64,000 nt of DNA from Candidatus Kapaibacteriota bacterium (lineage in GTDB: Bacteria > Bacteroidota > Ignavibacteria > OLB7): NCBI GenBank assembly GCA_048594725.1, contig JBMDXA010000018.1:10055-74054 (forward strand). Direction: 5' to 3'. Below the pieces are notes generated by a model. The model was not told the origin of the DNA. It made no database searches and saw nothing but the letters and a program-made list of their open reading frames with translations. Each line of letters opens with the position of its first letter. Positions within the stretch are counted from its first letter, which is position 1. This document shows, one piece after another, positions 60,365-64,000 of the stretch. The position numbers were made by a program, and so were the translations under genes.

Positions 60365-63100
60365 CTACCTCCGCACCATAAACCGGCCGATGGCGCTGGA
60401 ACCGTTATCCTGCACCAGCGTGAGGAAATACGCTCCCGGAGGAAATCCACTTACATCCAGCGTAAGCATTTTCACTCCCCCCTTCACTTCGGCGATATAT
60501 TCGCTGGACATCACCTGTCCGGCGTCATCACTGACGATAATTCTTCCCTTCCCCTCATACGGGGTTTCCAGCACCACATTTACCTGCCGGTCCGCCGGGA
60601 CCGGATACGCACCGAGCTGGCGCCCCCTGTCATCCGGCTCCGACTGGACCCCGCTTGGGAAATCCCCCGCCGGATAGGCCGCACCGTAGATATCGGGATT
60701 GCCGTTGCGATAATCCTCCCACACGATAAACAGGGAATCATTTCTGAAGACCGCCGCGGCACTCCTCACCTTGCCGGCCGTGGCACTGATCCGTTGCGGC
60801 CGGGATGCGCTCTCCATACCGGCGCTGATAACGCTCAGCCACAGACCGCTATCGCTCGGCCAGAGGACGTACAGGGAGAAATCAGCAGGGCGCTGGATGA
60901 TGGTGGGATCGAAAGAACTCCCCGATGCATCGATCCGCACGGAGCCGGTGCGATTGCCCTGGAGGTCATACTGCTCGAACTGAACCTGAGCGCTCGTCAG
61001 CGCGCCATTCGCATCGAGCGGATCGGCCGGATAATAACGGAAGAACCGGTTGCCGAGCGCTTTCTGGTACCGGGCGTTCCGGGTTGCCCGGGAAGATTCA
61101 AAAGAAAATACCTGGCCCCCCGCCGGATTGAACGCGACATCGTCATGAATATTCAGATAATCACGTTCCCCTGTGACGATCAGGCTGCCAAGCGAGGGAT
61201 GGACATGGGCGGTATCCCAGAGGATAGTTCCGCCGGGACCGAACATAATCATCCGCCGCTGAGGTTTATCATTATGGCCGGGGGTAAAACTTCCGAGCGT
61301 ATTTCCCGTGACGGGATCATACGTATATCGTGCATCGAACAGAGGCTCATTGACGCTGGTGTACTCATAGCCGATCGACTTCCGATTCCAGCCGCTGTCG
61401 GTAGGTATATACGAGCGGAACGTATACACCGCTGCTCCCCCCATATCATGCTTCCACCCATCAACCCCTGTATAATCAACAATCCCTCCTCCGGAGAAGG
61501 AATTTATCTTGGCGCGATTCTCATGGCTGCGCGTACCATGATTATAGGATGCCACCGAATCGGGAATAAAAACGGGGAGCGGTAGTACAGGGTTATCGGA
61601 GCCGGAAAAGAATTTCGCCTGATGGAACCGGGGGCGGCTTTCCGGATGGCGCCATAGCGCGACGATCTCGCCATTGGCAAGTGCCAGCGCAGGAGTGGTC
61701 TGCGGTAGATTCTGTGCCACGGGTGCAAGAGGCATCCCGAGCATTATCCCCTCGGACCCGCCTGAAAGCCTGACGATAGTGGAATCCGGGCTCACCGTTC
61801 GTGTGACGGCTGGGCGAGTTCTGCGATCCCCCGGAAAGCTCTCCCCTTCTGTCAGATCGAGCGGCAATAGATTTCCATCGCCGTCCAGGACTATCTTATA
61901 CTCACTGGTCGTGGTGGATGTATGATCGTTGCCGGCACGCCCCCTCTGGCTGAACAGGCCATTGAACGTGATGCGATGGCCGTTATCATCGCCGCCGCTA
62001 TAGCGGAAAGCCGAATAGAGGGTGGCGAACGTATAGCTCCCGCCGGTATAATCTGCTCCGTTGGCGACCGTCCAGAGCCGGGCCGGCTCGCTGAAGCTGC
62101 CATCGCCGCGAAGCGTGGTAGCGTACAGGTTTATCAGCTTGCTCAACTGGTCCCGCTCCTCCGCCAGAAAATATATCCGATATCCTCCGGATGAATCGGC
62201 AACGATCGCACCGGCCGATCTCACCCTCCCCTCGAAGGGAGGAACAAGGATGCGGCGGAGGGGACTGGCATCGAAAACGTTCGCATAATATTCGAAATAG
62301 CAGGCGCCACTCTCCTCATATCGCAGCATCGCGAGCGATGTATCGCTCCCCAGATAATGCGGTTGTGCGAATCGATCGGCGGGAATCAGGCGCTCGTCGA
62401 GCCGGCCGTCGGCATGATAGAAGCTGATAGGATCATCCACCACGATACGGATGCCGGGGAGGCCGGCATAGGTACGCTCCGCATCGAAATTCAAGGAATG
62501 AAGCTGCTGGCGTGCTCCCGAGAGAGAGCCGGACGGATCGAGATGCTGCCGGAAATAATTCGGCTGGTCTCCGGCAACCGCCTCGCTCCAGATGACATCG
62601 TATCCCGTACTATCGCGCATCAGCCATACCTGCGCATCCGATTGCAGCTTCGTCTGCGCCGGAAACCGCTCCTCCTCCCCAATGCGGGCTCCGTTCAGAT
62701 CGACCCGCTGCATATACACGCCGGCGTTCCCCGGACGCATATCGTTCCAGAGCACCACGAAGCGATCAGCAAGCGGCAGCACGCTCGCCACACCGGTGGG
62801 ATGGGCCATGGTTCCGGTAAGCATTACCGGCTCCCCCTGCCGGGCCGTCCCTTGAACAATCGCTCCCCAGAGCACCGGCCGCACCCCCGTATCGGCAACA
62901 GGAGCGGTCCCTCCCCATGCAACCAGCGTGGCGTTTCCCGACTGGTCTGCCGATTGAATGGCGGCACCTGCCGGAAAGGGATAGGTCACCGGATCGGCCG
63001 GCGATATGCGGATATCCTCCCGTTGCGCCATGGAAGTACCGTATGGCAGCAAGGCCGCGACCATGAAAAGCGAGAGACGAACAGTATATGCTGTAGCCAT
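60365..63100 (-). CDS. Large secreted PD40/TolB-like beta-propeller repeat protein with Por/T9SS-type C-terminal domain
   Basis: Signal peptide MATAYTVRLSLFMVAALLPYGTSMAQ (cat at 63098-63100). Recurrent W..D.R.GN.DIY motifs (VLWNDMRPGNAGVYM, VIWSEAVAGDQPNYF, IVWEDYRNGNPDIYGA) like PD40 blades. C-terminus ...GAYFLTLVQDNGSSAIGRFMVRR. Confidence 0.75.
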   Translation of the reverse strand: MATAYTVRLSLFMVAALLPYGTSMAQREDIRISPADPVTYPFPAGAAIQSADQSGNATLVAWGGTAPVADTGVRPVLWGAIVQGTARQGEPVMLTGTMAHPTGVASVLPLADRFVVLWNDMRPGNAGVYMQRVDLNGARIGEEERFPAQTKLQSDAQVWLMRDSTGYDVIWSEAVAGDQPNYFRQHLDPSGSLSGARQQLHSLNFDAERTYAGLPGIRIVVDDPISFYHADGRLDERLIPADRFAQPHYLGSDTSLAMLRYEESGACYFEYYANVFDASPLRRILVPPFEGRVRSAGAIVADSSGGYRIYFLAEERDQLSKLINLYATTLRGDGSFSEPARLWTVANGADYTGGSYTFATLYSAFRYSGGDDNGHRITFNGLFSQRGRAGNDHTSTTTSEYKIVLDGDGNLLPLDLTEGESFPGDRRTRPAVTRTVSPDSTIVRLSGGSEGIMLGMPLAPVAQNLPQTTPALALANGEIVALWRHPESRPRFHQAKFFSGSDNPVLPLPVFIPDSVASYNHGTRSHENRAKINSFSGGGIVDYTGVDGWKHDMGGAAVYTFRSYIPTDSGWNRKSIGYEYTSVNEPLFDARYTYDPVTGNTLGSFTPGHNDKPQRRMIMFGPGGTILWDTAHVHPSLGSLIVTGERDYLNIHDDVAFNPAGGQVFSFESSRATRNARYQKALGNRFFRYYPADPLDANGALTSAQVQFEQYDLQGNRTGSVRIDASGSSFDPTIIQRPADFSLYVLWPSDSGLWLSVISAGMESASRPQRISATAGKVRSAAAVFRNDSLFIVWEDYRNGNPDIYGAAYPAGDFPSGVQSEPDDRGRQLGAYPVPADRQVNVVLETPYEGKGRIIVSDDAGQVMSSEYIAEVKGGVKMLTLDVSGFPPGAYFLTLVQDNGSSAIGRFMVRR

Positions 63101-63245
63101 GGTTTTCCGCAGAAGAGAAAAAAATGAGAATGCGAGCCTGCCCCGGCCAGGGAAAATAGAGGCAAAAAATGCCACTGAAAATCGATCACCACCATATCAT
63201 GTAACGCCTCTGCATATCATGTAACGCATCTGCCATGAAAAATTC

Positions 63246-64000
63246 TCACTGCCGTACGATCAGGGGGAATGTTGCGCTGAGACCTCCCGGAACGCTCAGC
63301 ACAAGCAGATAGGGTCCTGCGGCGAGACTCCCCAGATCAATATCGATAGCGTTGTGGCCGGCAACGGCATCCTGCCGGATAGCCGGGAGAGCAGAGGCTC
63401 CCAGCATATCGAAGAGCGCAAGATGCACCCCGGCAGCTTCAGGGATGGAATATTCCACATGCGCCCGCCTGCCGGCAGCACCGTACCGTACGCCGTGCAC
63501 GAGAATACGCGCTCCCCCTGCCGCACGATTCCGGTCACCATTGATGAAAGCCCCCGACGTATTCTCCTTCCATTCCGGCATAGGGAACGGAGTCCCATAA
63601 ATCTCCGGTTCGCCGGTACGATGATCCTCCCAGACCACCATGAGCGTATCATGGCGGAACCGGGCGGCTGGAGAACGCACCACTCCCTTTGTAGCACTGA
63701 TCGCGGTATCGGCCAGCAGGGTGCGGAGCGAGCGCGGTTCGAGGAATATTCCCCGCACCCCTGAATCGCCACCGTAGACTACGGCAATCGTTGAATCCTC
63801 GCGGCTCTGCGCCATCGCCATGCCGGCCGGCTTCCGCCTGAACAGGAGAGGACTACTCCTCAACATCTCGCCACCGGGGGAATACCGTGCAATCTCATAG
63901 CGTAATCCGCTGGTATCGGCGGCGCGGATACGAAAGAATGTTCCATCGCGCAAGGGATGATACAGCGACCAGCTCTTCGGATTATCGAGCTCGAATCGTC
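63246..64000 (-). CDS. Paralogue of the preceding PD40-like T9SS cargo protein (3' part only; gene runs off the window)
   Basis: ...RFRHDTLMVVWEDHRTGEPEIYGTPFP parallels FRNDSLFIVWEDYRNGNPDIYGAAYP of the neighbour. C-terminus ...GPYLLVLSVPGGLSATFPLIVRQ. The reading frame stays open to the window edge. Confidence 0.6.
   Translation of the reverse strand, partial: RFELDNPKSWSLYHPLRDGTFFRIRAADTSGLRYEIARYSPGGEMLRSSPLLFRRKPAGMAMAQSREDSTIAVVYGGDSGVRGIFLEPRSLRTLLADTAISATKGVVRSPAARFRHDTLMVVWEDHRTGEPEIYGTPFPMPEWKENTSGAFINGDRNRAAGGARILVHGVRYGAAGRRAHVEYSIPEAAGVHLALFDMLGASALPAIRQDAVAGHNAIDIDLGSLAAGPYLLVLSVPGGLSATFPLIVRQ

Overview
High-GC (~65%) bacterial chromosome segment. It carries many large secreted proteins with Por/T9SS-type C-terminal sorting domains, so it most likely comes from a Bacteroidota/FCB-group lineage (Rhodothermota- or Ignavibacteriota-like). 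It cannot be assigned to a species from sequence alone. The window is gene-dense on both strands: about 50 protein-coding genes, one tRNA-Ser(UGA) and the RNase P RNA gene (rnpB). Housekeeping content includes ssb; the operon small membrane protein-cdaA(c-di-AMP synthase)-pcm-miaA; a GNAT acetyltransferase; phoH; recQ; ppk1; ald; a fused E1 alpha/beta 2-oxoacid dehydrogenase; Nif3 plus a COG1579 zinc-ribbon protein; a bacilliredoxin (BrxA/B-like); an FAH-family hydrolase; and a DedA-family membrane protein. A five-gene efflux operon (TolC - HlyD/MacA adaptor - MacB/LolD-type ATPase - two FtsX permeases) lies on the minus strand at 12979-19312. The 3' part (49.1-64 kb) is an island of large T9SS cargo proteins (FG-GAP, BNR/Asp-box, PD40-like beta-propeller, a 1628-aa unknown) with lower-GC patches and a cargo-gene fragment. 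Between them sits a CHAP+PG-binding peptidoglycan hydrolase without a signal peptide and a divergent lipoprotein gene. The most unusual non-coding content is two dispersed intergenic repeat families: (i) tandem CGAAAAT heptamers framed by C-runs (8 loci, 4 of them directly abutting stop codons in one orientation), and (ii) a REP-like element of a GCGGGC..GCCCGC hairpin followed by GAACGGACTAC, with a related (GTAGTCA)x9 microsatellite at the stop codon of the gene upstream of rnpB. No CRISPR array, transposase or integrase was recognised. Several very long ORFs in the supplied track are antisense artefacts of high GC content.
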